Source: Treponema sp. (GTDB taxonomy: Bacteria > Spirochaetota > Spirochaetia > Treponematales > Treponemataceae). From it: 64,000 nucleotides of DNA. Below are positions 50,203-59,049 of the stretch, in pieces; position 1 is the first letter of the stretch, and each line of letters starts with the position of its first letter. The notes under the pieces are model-generated. The model searched no databases and was not told where the DNA came from. It was given only the letters and a program-made list of their open reading frames with translations. The stretch lies in the NCBI GenBank assembly GCA_038397965.1, contig JARGFA010000017.1, positions 50,959 through 114,958 on the forward strand, written 5' to 3'. A program made the translations under genes and the position numbers.

Positions 50203-50362
50203 ATTTTATGCTGTGTATAACCTTTTCTGATTAGTGTTCAAGGTGGGATACCGTACAACCGGTTCCTTCCCGGATAGTCCGGTACAATGGGCAATACGGT
50301 ATCACGAATGGAGAAAATTTTCAACTATTAAAACGGAATAATGGCAGAAACTTTCTATTTTC

Positions 50363-50391
50363 TTGACTGTTTGCCCCGCCCTCACTATAAT
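50363..50391 (+). promoter_or_regulatory. sigma70 promoter of metG (near-leaderless)
   Basis: TTGACT-17 bp-TATAAT ending 8 nt before ATG50400; no SD sequence. Confidence 0.75.
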
Positions 50392-50399
50392 AACCGGAT

Positions 50400-52799
50400 A
50401 TGAAACGAAAACTCATAACCTCAGCCTTACCCTATGTTAATAATACTCCGCATCTTGGAAATTTAATTCAAGTCTTATCTGCCGACGTGTTTGCACGCTT
50501 TTGCCGGCTCCGCGGGTATACGAGCTTGTATATCTGCGGTACCGATGAGTACGGCACCGCTACCGAAACAAAGGCGCTTGAAGAAGGAAAGACGCCGCGG
50601 GAGCTCTGCGATTATTACCATGCTATCCACCGCGATATCTATCATTGGTTCAATATTGCGTTTGATTACTTCGGCAGAACCTCGACACCTCAGCAAACCG
50701 AAATTGTACAAGGGATTTTTAAAGATATTGAAAAAAACGGGTTCATTACCGAACACACAATAGAACAGCTCCACTGTGCCCACTGCGGACGCTTTCTCGC
50801 AGACCGCTATGTACGCGGTACCTGTCCCCGCTGCGGTTATGACGATGCCCGCGGCGATCAATGCGAGCACTGCGGTGAGCTGTTAGATCCGACCGAGCTG
50901 AAAAGCCCGCGCTGTTCTACCTGCGGTGCCGAACCGGAGCCGCGCAGTACCAAGCACCTGTATATCGACCTTCCCGCTATTGTACCGCAGTATGAGCCGT
51001 GGATGAAGCAGGCGAGCGAAGAAGGGCAGTGGAGCAATAATGCCGTACAGATGACAAAGGGCTGGCTCCGTGACGGTTTACAAGAACGTGCTATTACCCG
51101 CGATTTGAAATGGGGTATTCCCGTGCCGAAAACCGGCTTTGAAAACAAGGTCTTTTATGTTTGGTTCGACGCACCTATCGGCTATATTTCAATCACTAAA
51201 TGCTTTACCGACCTAACCGGCGGTGACTGGAAAGACTGGTGGCTGGATCAAAAAGATATTGAGCTGTTTCAGTTTATCGGAAAAGACAATATTCCCTTCC
51301 ATACGGTTATTTTCCCGTGTTCACTGATAGGTTCGGGGAAGGATTGGGTCAAGCTGCACCATATTTCAAGCAGTGAGTACCTGAACTACGAAGCCGGCAA
51401 GTTCTCCAAATCGAAGGGGATCGGGGTTTTCGGAACCGATGCGAAAGAATCGGGCATTCCGGCGGATATGTGGCGGTTCTATATCTTTTACAACCGTCCC
51501 GAAAAAAACGACACTCAATTTACATGGAAGGACTTTCAAGAGCGGGTTAACAGCGAACTGATCGGAAACCTCTGTAATTTAATCAACCGCACCCTCACTT
51601 TTGTTTCCCGCTATTATGACGGGGCAGTACCGCAGCAGGATGGTTCGGCATCGTCCCGCGCAGATATCCGTACCGTAACGGAAGAACTGAGGGCTGCGGC
51701 AAAAAAGAGTATCGGAAAGATCACCGCCTTGCTGGATCAAGCGGAACTGCGCGATGCCTTTCACGAACTGTTTGCGCTTTCTTCTATTGCCAACAAGGCA
51801 TTTCAGGACGGAGAGCCGTGGAAAAACCGTGAAGCAGACCCCGAAAAGGCGGAGGCGCTCTTGTTTGAGCTGTGCTATTTTATTAAGGATTTATTGATTT
51901 TAATGCATCCGTATATGCCGGAATATGCCGATCAGGCGGCTTCTTTCTTGGGACTGAATATTTGGTCGGGAACCGTCTTTGATGCGGATCATCCGGTACA
52001 GCCGCGCCCGTCAGGTGCGCTTGCGTGGGAAAATCTCTTGGAGCGCACGGGACTGACACGGGTACAAAAGCCCGTTATTATTTTTAAAACCTTGGACGAT
52101 GCGGTCATTGCCGCGTACCGCGAACGGTATTCTGGCAGTCAAAAAGACCGCGCGGAACAGGAAAAACCGCAAACCGGCGCACAGCCGGCAAAAGAAACTG
52201 CCGGACAAAAAGGGAAAACGGCTAAAAAACCCGAAAAGCAGGCCGCAAAGCCGGAATGGGCAGACCTTCCGCCGGAAGATATGTTTAACCGGTATATTTC
52301 CTTAAAAACCGCTAAAATTCTTTCGGTTGAAAAACATCCCGATGCCGATAAGCTCTACGTCGAAACCCTTGATGACGGCTGTGAGGGCGGACGGGTCATT
52401 TTATCCGGCTTAGTGCCGTATTTTTCCGCCGAAGAACTCATCGGGGCTGACATTGTCCTTGCAGAAAACTTAAGGCCGCGGAAGATGCGCGGCATCGAAT
52501 CGCGGGGAATGCTTTTGGCGGCTCATTACACCGCTGCGGACGGCACGGAAAAGGTAGAGCTGGTAGGTATGCCCGATGCAGCACCCGGTACGCCGGTAAC
52601 GTTGGAAGGAACTGCCTCCGTGCGGGAAAACAGTACCGGTGAGGGGGCTGCACAAAAACCTGCCGCCATTGATGCGGAACTCTTTTTTGCCGTGCCGCTT
52701 ACGGTGGAAGACTATCATGTCTGTGCCGGCGGTAAAAAACTGCTGGTAAACGGTAAGCCGCTGGTGATGCGGAATGTGCAGTCAGGTACGGTACAATAG
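50400..52799 (+). CDS. metG: Methionyl-tRNA synthetase with C-terminal tRNA-binding domain
   Basis: ALPYVNNTPHLGN, Zn knuckles, YVWFDAP, KFSKS and an EMAP/Trbp111-like C-terminus. Confidence 0.97.
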   Translation: MKRKLITSALPYVNNTPHLGNLIQVLSADVFARFCRLRGYTSLYICGTDEYGTATETKALEEGKTPRELCDYYHAIHRDIYHWFNIAFDYFGRTSTPQQTEIVQGIFKDIEKNGFITEHTIEQLHCAHCGRFLADRYVRGTCPRCGYDDARGDQCEHCGELLDPTELKSPRCSTCGAEPEPRSTKHLYIDLPAIVPQYEPWMKQASEEGQWSNNAVQMTKGWLRDGLQERAITRDLKWGIPVPKTGFENKVFYVWFDAPIGYISITKCFTDLTGGDWKDWWLDQKDIELFQFIGKDNIPFHTVIFPCSLIGSGKDWVKLHHISSSEYLNYEAGKFSKSKGIGVFGTDAKESGIPADMWRFYIFYNRPEKNDTQFTWKDFQERVNSELIGNLCNLINRTLTFVSRYYDGAVPQQDGSASSRADIRTVTEELRAAAKKSIGKITALLDQAELRDAFHELFALSSIANKAFQDGEPWKNREADPEKAEALLFELCYFIKDLLILMHPYMPEYADQAASFLGLNIWSGTVFDADHPVQPRPSGALAWENLLERTGLTRVQKPVIIFKTLDDAVIAAYRERYSGSQKDRAEQEKPQTGAQPAKETAGQKGKTAKKPEKQAAKPEWADLPPEDMFNRYISLKTAKILSVEKHPDADKLYVETLDDGCEGGRVILSGLVPYFSAEELIGADIVLAENLRPRKMRGIESRGMLLAAHYTAADGTEKVELVGMPDAAPGTPVTLEGTASVRENSTGEGAAQKPAAIDAELFFAVPLTVEDYHVCAGGKKLLVNGKPLVMRNVQSGTVQ

Positions 52800-52863
52800 G
52801 GGATTACCTAAAAGTCGGTTGTGTTCATTTTTATAAAATATCAAATAAATAAAGGGAGTATGT

Positions 52864-55800
52864 ATGTATAAACCGGTTGATCCTAAAGTAGATTTTCCAA
52901 AACAAGAAGAAGACGTCTTGCGCTTTTGGGAAGAACACGATGTTTTTAAAAAGTCAGTCGAACAACGGGAGGGGGCTGAAGAGTATGTATTTTTTGACGG
53001 TCCTCCCTTTGCCACGGGATTGCCCCACTTCGGACACTTTGTGCCCGGTACCATAAAAGACATTATTCCCCGCTATCAAACCATGAAGGGAAAAAAGGTT
53101 GAGCGGCGGTTCGGCTGGGACTGTCACGGACTTCCGGTAGAAAACTTAATCGAAAAAGAACTGGGACTCAATTCAAAGACCGATATTGAAAAATACGGCA
53201 TTGCCGCCTTTAATGAAGCCTGCCGCGCAAGCGTTTTGCGCTATGTAAAAGAGTGGCGTGCTACCATTAACCGGCTCGGCCGCTGGGTAGATTTCGATAA
53301 CGACTATAAAACCATGGAGCCTGCTTATATGGAATCTATATGGTGGGTGATGAAGCAGTTATGGGATAAGGGACTCTTGTATGAAGGTCATTATATTCTG
53401 CCGTATTGTCCGCGCTGTTCTACGGTACTTTCAAACCATGAACTCAACCTCGGCGGCTACAAGGATGTACATGATCCTGCCATCACAATACGGTTTAAGG
53501 TGCGGTATACCGTAGCAGGCACTCCCGCGCAGAAAACCTTTGCCGAATCGCCGCTGCCGCCTGAAACCTACCTTTTAGCATGGACAACCACTCCGTGGAC
53601 GCTGCCGAGCAACCTCGGTCTTGCCCTCGGTGCCGATATTGACTATGTGTTAGTGCAGGACGGAGCCGAACACTATATTTTGGCACAATCCCGCCTTTCC
53701 GCGTATTACCGGGAGCCTGAAAAGTGTACTATTGTGTGGACAAAAAAAGGTGCAGAGCTGGCCGGTATATGCTATGAACCGCTCTTTCCGTACTTTGCCC
53801 ATCTTACCGTAAAAGAAGACGGATCTTCCGATGACGCAGGGCGGGGAGCTTTCCAAACACTGATAGGCGGCTTTGTGTCGACGGAGGACGGAACCGGTAT
53901 CGTCCATACGGCTCCAGGCTTCGGTGAAGAAGACAGCACCCTGTTTAAAGGCAGCGGTGTCCCGATGGTCTGTCCTATAGACGCAGAGTGTAAATTCACA
54001 GCGGAGGTGCCGGACTATCAGGGTATCTTTGTGAAAAATGCGGATAAGGACATCATGGACAGGCTCAAAGCCGAGCGGAAGCTGGTAAAACGCGATCAAA
54101 TTCTGCACGCCTATCCGCACTGCTGGCGCTGTTCAAGCCCGCTCATCTACCGGGCTATCGGCAGCTGGTTTGTGTCGGTAGAAAAGATAAAAGATTCTCT
54201 TTTAAAAGCAAACAGCCGTATCAACTGGCAGCCGGCACACATAAAGGAAGGCCGTTTCGGAAAATGGCTTGAAGGGGCGCGCGACTGGGCAATCAGCCGC
54301 AACCGCTATTGGGGAAATCCGCTTCCTATCTGGAAATGTCCTGACTGCGGCCATACGGTTTGTGTGGAAAGCCGCGAAGAATTGAAAGCATTGAGCGGAA
54401 TCTATCCCGAAGATTTGCATAAGCATTTTGTAGACAGCATCACCATGCCGTGTAAACAATGCGGAAGCACAATGAGCCGGATCCCTGAAGTTTTGGACTG
54501 CTGGTTTGAATCGGGAGCTATGCCCTATGCGCAGGAGCACTATCCCTTTGAAAATAAACAGTATTTTGAAGAGCACTTTCCTGCTCATTTTATTTCGGAA
54601 GGGCTCGATCAAACCCGCGGCTGGTTTTATACGTTGACCGTGTTGGCAGCGGCGCTTTTTGACCGGCCTGCTTTTGAAAACTGTATTGTCAATGGACTGG
54701 TACTGGCGAGCGACGGTAAAAAAATGTCAAAATCTCTGCGTAACTACACCGATCCGAACAAGGTCGTCAATGAGTTCGGTGCCGATGCATTGCGCTTATT
54801 CCTTATGCACTCAGGGGCTGTGAAAGCTGATGATCTGAGGTACTCAGATGAAGGAGTGCGGGATATTTTAAAGGGAATACTTATCCCGCTGTGGAACAGC
54901 TACAGTTTCTATGTAACATACGCGAATATCGACGGTATCGAATCTCCTGCCGGAGCAAAGCTGGACGGTGTTGACGCTTCAATCGCAGATTTTTTACAGG
55001 ATTTGAATAATCCGCTTGACCGTTGGATACTTTCTATTACGGAAAAACTGGTCTTTGATGTGTCTACTGCACTGGACGAATACGATTTGATAAAAGCCAT
55101 CGACCCGATTGTGGCTTACATTGATCAGCTTAACAACTGGTATATCCGCCGCTCCCGCCGCCGCTTCTGGAAAAGTGAGAACGACGGAGATAAAGCTCAA
55201 GCCTACGAAACCCTCTACCGTGCACTGAAAAAATTCGTGCTGGTTGCTGCTCCTGTCGTACCGTTCATCACCGAAAGTATGTGGCAGAACCTAAAAACCG
55301 ATGCGGATCCGCTTTCGGTGCATTTAGCGGATTATCCTGTGTATACCGAAGCGGTGCGCGATACCGGATTGGAATTTAAGATGGAGACCGTACAAAAGGC
55401 CGTTTCGATGGGGCGTGCACTGCGGTATCAGTTTAACTTGAAAATCAGGCAGCCGCTGAAAGCCGTTGAAATTGTTACCAAAAATCAGCAAGAAAAATCG
55501 GTCTTGCGCGAAATGGAAAACAGTATCTTGGAAGAATTGAATGTCAAAGAAGTAATTTTCCATGATAAAGAAGATAAGCTGGTTGAATATTCGGCAAAAG
55601 CGAATTTCAAGGTACTGGGGAAAGAGCTTGGTGCAAAGATGAAAACCGCTGCCGCACAGATTGAACAGTTGTCATCGGGTGAAATTGAAAGTCTATTGGA
55701 GGGCGCCACATTAATCCTTGATGTTGAAGGTCAGCCGGTTGAATTAACCGCAGAAAAGGTGATGATCAACCGCATAGAGAAGGCCAATCTCAAAGTTATA

Positions 55801-56139
55801 AATGAAGGAACGCTCACCGTTGCGCTTAATACTGAAATCACGGAAGACCTGCTTTTGGAAGGCTATATTCGTGATCTCGTGCGGGCGGTGCAAAACCTCC
55901 GCAAAGAAGCCGGCCTTGCAGTAACCGACCGGATTACCCTCTTTGTATCCGGCACCGATTCCGGCGGGACGCAGCTGCTTAAAAAAGCTTTTGACACCAA
56001 TAAAGAGTATTTGATGAACGAAACGCTCGCCCTTGAGGCGGATTATCTGGAAGTCCTGCCCGAAGGCAAGGCTTCCGCCGATTTGGATATGGGCGACGGC
56101 CTTGCATGGCAGGTCGCTTTGGAAAAGACAGAAGGATAG
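52864..56139 (+). CDS. ileS: Isoleucyl-tRNA synthetase (type 2)
   Basis: DGPPFATGLPHFGH, WTTTPWTLP, EGLDQTRGWF and KMSKS. Confidence 0.97.
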   Translation: MYKPVDPKVDFPKQEEDVLRFWEEHDVFKKSVEQREGAEEYVFFDGPPFATGLPHFGHFVPGTIKDIIPRYQTMKGKKVERRFGWDCHGLPVENLIEKELGLNSKTDIEKYGIAAFNEACRASVLRYVKEWRATINRLGRWVDFDNDYKTMEPAYMESIWWVMKQLWDKGLLYEGHYILPYCPRCSTVLSNHELNLGGYKDVHDPAITIRFKVRYTVAGTPAQKTFAESPLPPETYLLAWTTTPWTLPSNLGLALGADIDYVLVQDGAEHYILAQSRLSAYYREPEKCTIVWTKKGAELAGICYEPLFPYFAHLTVKEDGSSDDAGRGAFQTLIGGFVSTEDGTGIVHTAPGFGEEDSTLFKGSGVPMVCPIDAECKFTAEVPDYQGIFVKNADKDIMDRLKAERKLVKRDQILHAYPHCWRCSSPLIYRAIGSWFVSVEKIKDSLLKANSRINWQPAHIKEGRFGKWLEGARDWAISRNRYWGNPLPIWKCPDCGHTVCVESREELKALSGIYPEDLHKHFVDSITMPCKQCGSTMSRIPEVLDCWFESGAMPYAQEHYPFENKQYFEEHFPAHFISEGLDQTRGWFYTLTVLAAALFDRPAFENCIVNGLVLASDGKKMSKSLRNYTDPNKVVNEFGADALRLFLMHSGAVKADDLRYSDEGVRDILKGILIPLWNSYSFYVTYANIDGIESPAGAKLDGVDASIADFLQDLNNPLDRWILSITEKLVFDVSTALDEYDLIKAIDPIVAYIDQLNNWYIRRSRRRFWKSENDGDKAQAYETLYRALKKFVLVAAPVVPFITESMWQNLKTDADPLSVHLADYPVYTEAVRDTGLEFKMETVQKAVSMGRALRYQFNLKIRQPLKAVEIVTKNQQEKSVLREMENSILEELNVKEVIFHDKEDKLVEYSAKANFKVLGKELGAKMKTAAAQIEQLSSGEIESLLEGATLILDVEGQPVELTAEKVMINRIEKANLKVINEGTLTVALNTEITEDLLLEGYIRDLVRAVQNLRKEAGLAVTDRITLFVSGTDSGGTQLLKKAFDTNKEYLMNETLALEADYLEVLPEGKASADLDMGDGLAWQVALEKTEG

Positions 56140-56156
56140 AACAAAAAGTAAAAAAT

Positions 56157-56195
56157 GCCGTCCCGCTTCCGCTTTCTGCGGAACCGGGATGGTGC
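56157..56195. terminator. Stable hairpin after ileS (probable bidirectional terminator)
   Basis: gccgtcccg-c-ttccgc / gcggaa-c-cgggatggt stem preceded by an A-rich run. Confidence 0.55.
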
Positions 56196-56443
56196 TCCTG
56201 TGCAGGCAGCATGTAGGGTTTGTCTTTTGAGAAACGGGCGAGAAAAGGACAACCTACTGTTACGCTCACCCCTACCGCTTATGAGATCGCGGCAGTAATG
56301 AAAATGCAAATCGCCTTATTAGACGGTTTATTCCAATTTACCACTTTTCTCAAAAGTGCAAGAACCGTACACGCTTATTGACACTGTTGTAATTCATATA
56401 ATATCTTACCATATTTTTGCCGGTATTTTTGTTTCTTTTATTT

Positions 56444-56752
56444 CTAGTCTTTTATTGGGTTGTTTGTGGGTATAATAGACATATCAATTAAATATTTCAT
56501 TGTTGCCCGTAAATCCAATCTCTGTTTTGGTTTCAATTTCTTCAATAAAGATTTATCTTCTTGTGTTATATAATTACCTTGTTTATCATAGTATGGGTCT
56601 TCCAAATCTTGCAAGAATTTACATGATACGAACTCCCGTTGAATTAAAGGTAATAATTCATGGGAAGTTAATGATTTGTTTTGGTTATATACCCGTAAGG
56701 TAATGTCATTTAAGATTTCTTGTAAAGTTACTGTACTACTATAAGTCTTCAT
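56444..56752 (-). CDS. AT-rich hypothetical protein (102 aa)
   Basis: AGGAG RBS upstream and an open 102-codon frame; no motif recognised. Confidence 0.6.
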   Translation of the reverse strand: MKTYSSTVTLQEILNDITLRVYNQNKSLTSHELLPLIQREFVSCKFLQDLEDPYYDKQGNYITQEDKSLLKKLKPKQRLDLRATMKYLIDMSIIPTNNPIKD

Positions 56753-57009
56753 ATTTTTTATTCTCCTATTTTTAGGTAGTTATTTTATATTTATTTTAAA
56801 AATAACAAGAATAGTAGTAGAAGAGTACAAATATTATGGTTAATAAAGAAAAGGGTATGTACAACCACCAAATTGACCATACATACCCTAATATATGTTT
56901 TTCTATAAAGGATAGGCATAAATAATGGTATGTACAATATATCATAATTATGAAGATTTATAAAAAAGGACTTATGATAATCATACATACCTAGGAGATA
57001 CATATTTAG

Positions 57010-57510
57010 TTCATATATATATTAACAGTTTTTTCCCCACTAATTTGCAATGAAAGAAATAATTACAGACGTTGTAAAGGAAAAAACTTTAAATATTCCG
57101 ATAATCAATCCCAAAACGGTAAAATTTCCCTTGAACTTACAGACTACAAAAATGAAACTTGGTTAACCAATAATAATATAAATTATCTTGTTTTTGAAAC
57201 TCCAAAAGAAATTATAATTTTAGACCATAACAAAATGCAAAGATTAGTTGCGACTTTTTTAACGGCAGATTATGGAAACGGAAAAGATTTTTTTCAGACA
57301 TCAATAAACCTATACAAAAACCCTCATTTTAAAGATTGGTCTATAAATCATTTTGAAAAAATAAAACCCTTGACAATATCAAGGTTAAAATATAAAGAGA
57401 TAAAAGATTATGTTGAATGTCATAGTATAACTCATCAGGGATTGTTGGCAAGTGTGAAAATTAAGTTTTTAGAGATGTTGGGATTAATTCAGTTTTATTA
57501 TCTAAAATAA
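57010..57510 (+). pseudogene. AT-rich ORF or fragment, possibly PD-(D/E)XK nuclease-like
   Basis: Frame is open from 57010, well upstream of the listed ATG57235 and without a start codon; a DVK-like motif is recoverable with a 2-bp frameshift near 57071. Confidence 0.35.
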
Positions 57511-57522
57511 AAAAATAGTAAA

Positions 57523-58399
57523 TTACAGTTTTTCTATCTCTGATTCGGAAAGTCCCGTAATTCTCATAATAAAATTATTATCACATTTCTCCATTTTCAT
57601 AAGTTTTGCGGTTTCTTTTTTATTGTTATACGCCCCTTTATCCATTGCGTCCATTTCAAAAGTTGATAACAACCGGTATTCTTGCCGTGCCTGTTCGTTT
57701 TGTTTTACTGTTTGTATCATTTTTTCTATCTCCCTTGTAAATTCACTATTTGCCCTGCCTGTTTTAAGGTATGTTAAAAAATCCTTTAATTCTTTGTCTT
57801 CAATATTTTCAAATGCTTCTGCATTTATTATAATCTTCTTTGTACCATCTTGTAAAGATATGTTTTTATCTTCAATACAGATAGTTTCAAAAGTATAAAT
57901 AGGTCTATTTTTTCCTATAACATCAAATCAACAACCCCGACGCAAAGCATCGGGGTATGTTGTTCTCATAAGGTGGTTGCAGTCGGCTTTAATACCCTTT
58001 GTTACGACGCAGAGCGTCGGGGTATTAAACCCTCCGCACGAATAAACAGATAAAAATGATAAACGTATCGTTTAGATTATTATAGGAATTGCCCTTATCC
58101 AAAAAAGAAATATCTAAGGCAGATTGATAAAACCTCATTCTTTTAGGTATGTTTCTTTCGTTACTTACCTGCATTTCCACATCATATTTTTTACCGTTTT
58201 CTGCCTGTACTAAAACATCAAACCTTACAGACTTTGCCTGTTCGTACGTTTTAATACTATGTTGTATTGAAATATATGTAATTTTACCTATTGAATCAAA
58301 TAATATCATTTCAATAAGGTGTTTACATAATTTCGGATTTTGCATAGTTTTACAAAACATAAAATCGTCTGTAAATGTTAAATCTTCAAACCGTTTCAT
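57523..58399 (-). pseudogene. Rpn-family / PD-(D/E)XK_2 nuclease gene interrupted by a 115-bp element
   Basis: FTDDFMFCK, VRFDV, YDVEMQ, KRMRFYQ and FIIFIC motifs; removing 57927-58041 gives a stop-free 253-aa ORF ending ITGLSESEIEKL. Confidence 0.9.
57927..58041 (-). mobile_element. Non-autonomous palindromic mini-element (IS200/IS605 PATE-like)
   Basis: Inserted 3' of TTTAT and ends in TTGAT (minus strand); two subterminal hairpins built on CGACGC/GCGTCG; no clear target duplication beyond a 3-nt AAT ambiguity. Confidence 0.8.
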
Positions 58400-58408
58400 T
58401 TTTTCTTC

Positions 58409-58903
58409 CTATATAAATTTTATAGTTTTTTCTTTTGCTTCATATACACAAATACCCTTAATCATACTTTCTGCCAAAACAGTCCACATAAATTGATTAA
58501 ATACATTTTCTCCGTTTTTCATTTTTAAACTTTCCATATCTATATCATTGCCGACATCTTCTAAAACTTCTTTATAAATATCATCAGGAAAAGTATATTT
58601 TTTATTTATATCAAAAATAAATTTAAATTCCTCTGTTTTTATTTTAAGGATATTATCGGTTAAAATCGCATTATCTATTACTCTTAATAAATGGTTTCTT
58701 TGGTCTTCAATATTCCATTTTTCAAAAAAATGTTTTAGTAAATCTTTAACGGAATAATACATAAGTTGTGATTTTGTTTTTTCTATCTTATCCGTATCAC
58801 AGTGCAGCTGTTTTAAAATACGTGCACTTTCACAGGCTTTTTGATATAAGCCTTGCTCATAACTTTTTGCACGTTTTACCGCAACGTCCGTATCATGGAA
58901 CAC
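58409..58903 (-). CDS. Chimeric ORF: Rpn C-terminal remnant fused to an unknown AT-rich ORF
   Basis: N-terminal DTDVAVKRAKSYEQGLYQKACESARILKQL resembles treponemal Rpn C-termini; the remainder is unrecognised. Confidence 0.45.
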   Translation of the reverse strand: MFHDTDVAVKRAKSYEQGLYQKACESARILKQLHCDTDKIEKTKSQLMYYSVKDLLKHFFEKWNIEDQRNHLLRVIDNAILTDNILKIKTEEFKFIFDINKKYTFPDDIYKEVLEDVGNDIDMESLKMKNGENVFNQFMWTVLAESMIKGICVYEAKEKTIKFI

Positions 58904-58938
58904 TATTTGACAACATACCGCTATAAGTTATATAGTAG

Positions 58939-59021
58939 ACCCGTTCGGCAACGAAGTTATCGAACGGATAACATCACATTTCAAGGTAACCTGGTTCAAA
59001 ACAGAAGTTTCGGAACAGGTT
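58939..59021. repeat. Two REP-like hairpins (copies C and D) at the islet's right edge
   Basis: ccgttcggcaac-gaa-gttatcgaacgg (58939-58968) and aacctggttcaaaac-agaa-gtttcggaacaggtt (58988-59021). Confidence 0.55.
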
Positions 59022-59049
59022 TATTAAGGTTTATTAATAGAAACTTTTT

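Noticed and set aside
52864-56139. Type-2 (eukaryote-like) IleRS adjacent to metG; looked for a T-box
   Set aside because: Type-2 IleRS is normal in spirochetes. The 64-bp spacer is too short for a T-box, and no T-box motif was seen.
56791-57003. 70-aa hydrophobic AT-rich ORF; an alternative frame also looks membrane-like
   Set aside because: No RBS, and two competing frames in very AT-rich DNA. At most a decayed membrane-protein fragment.
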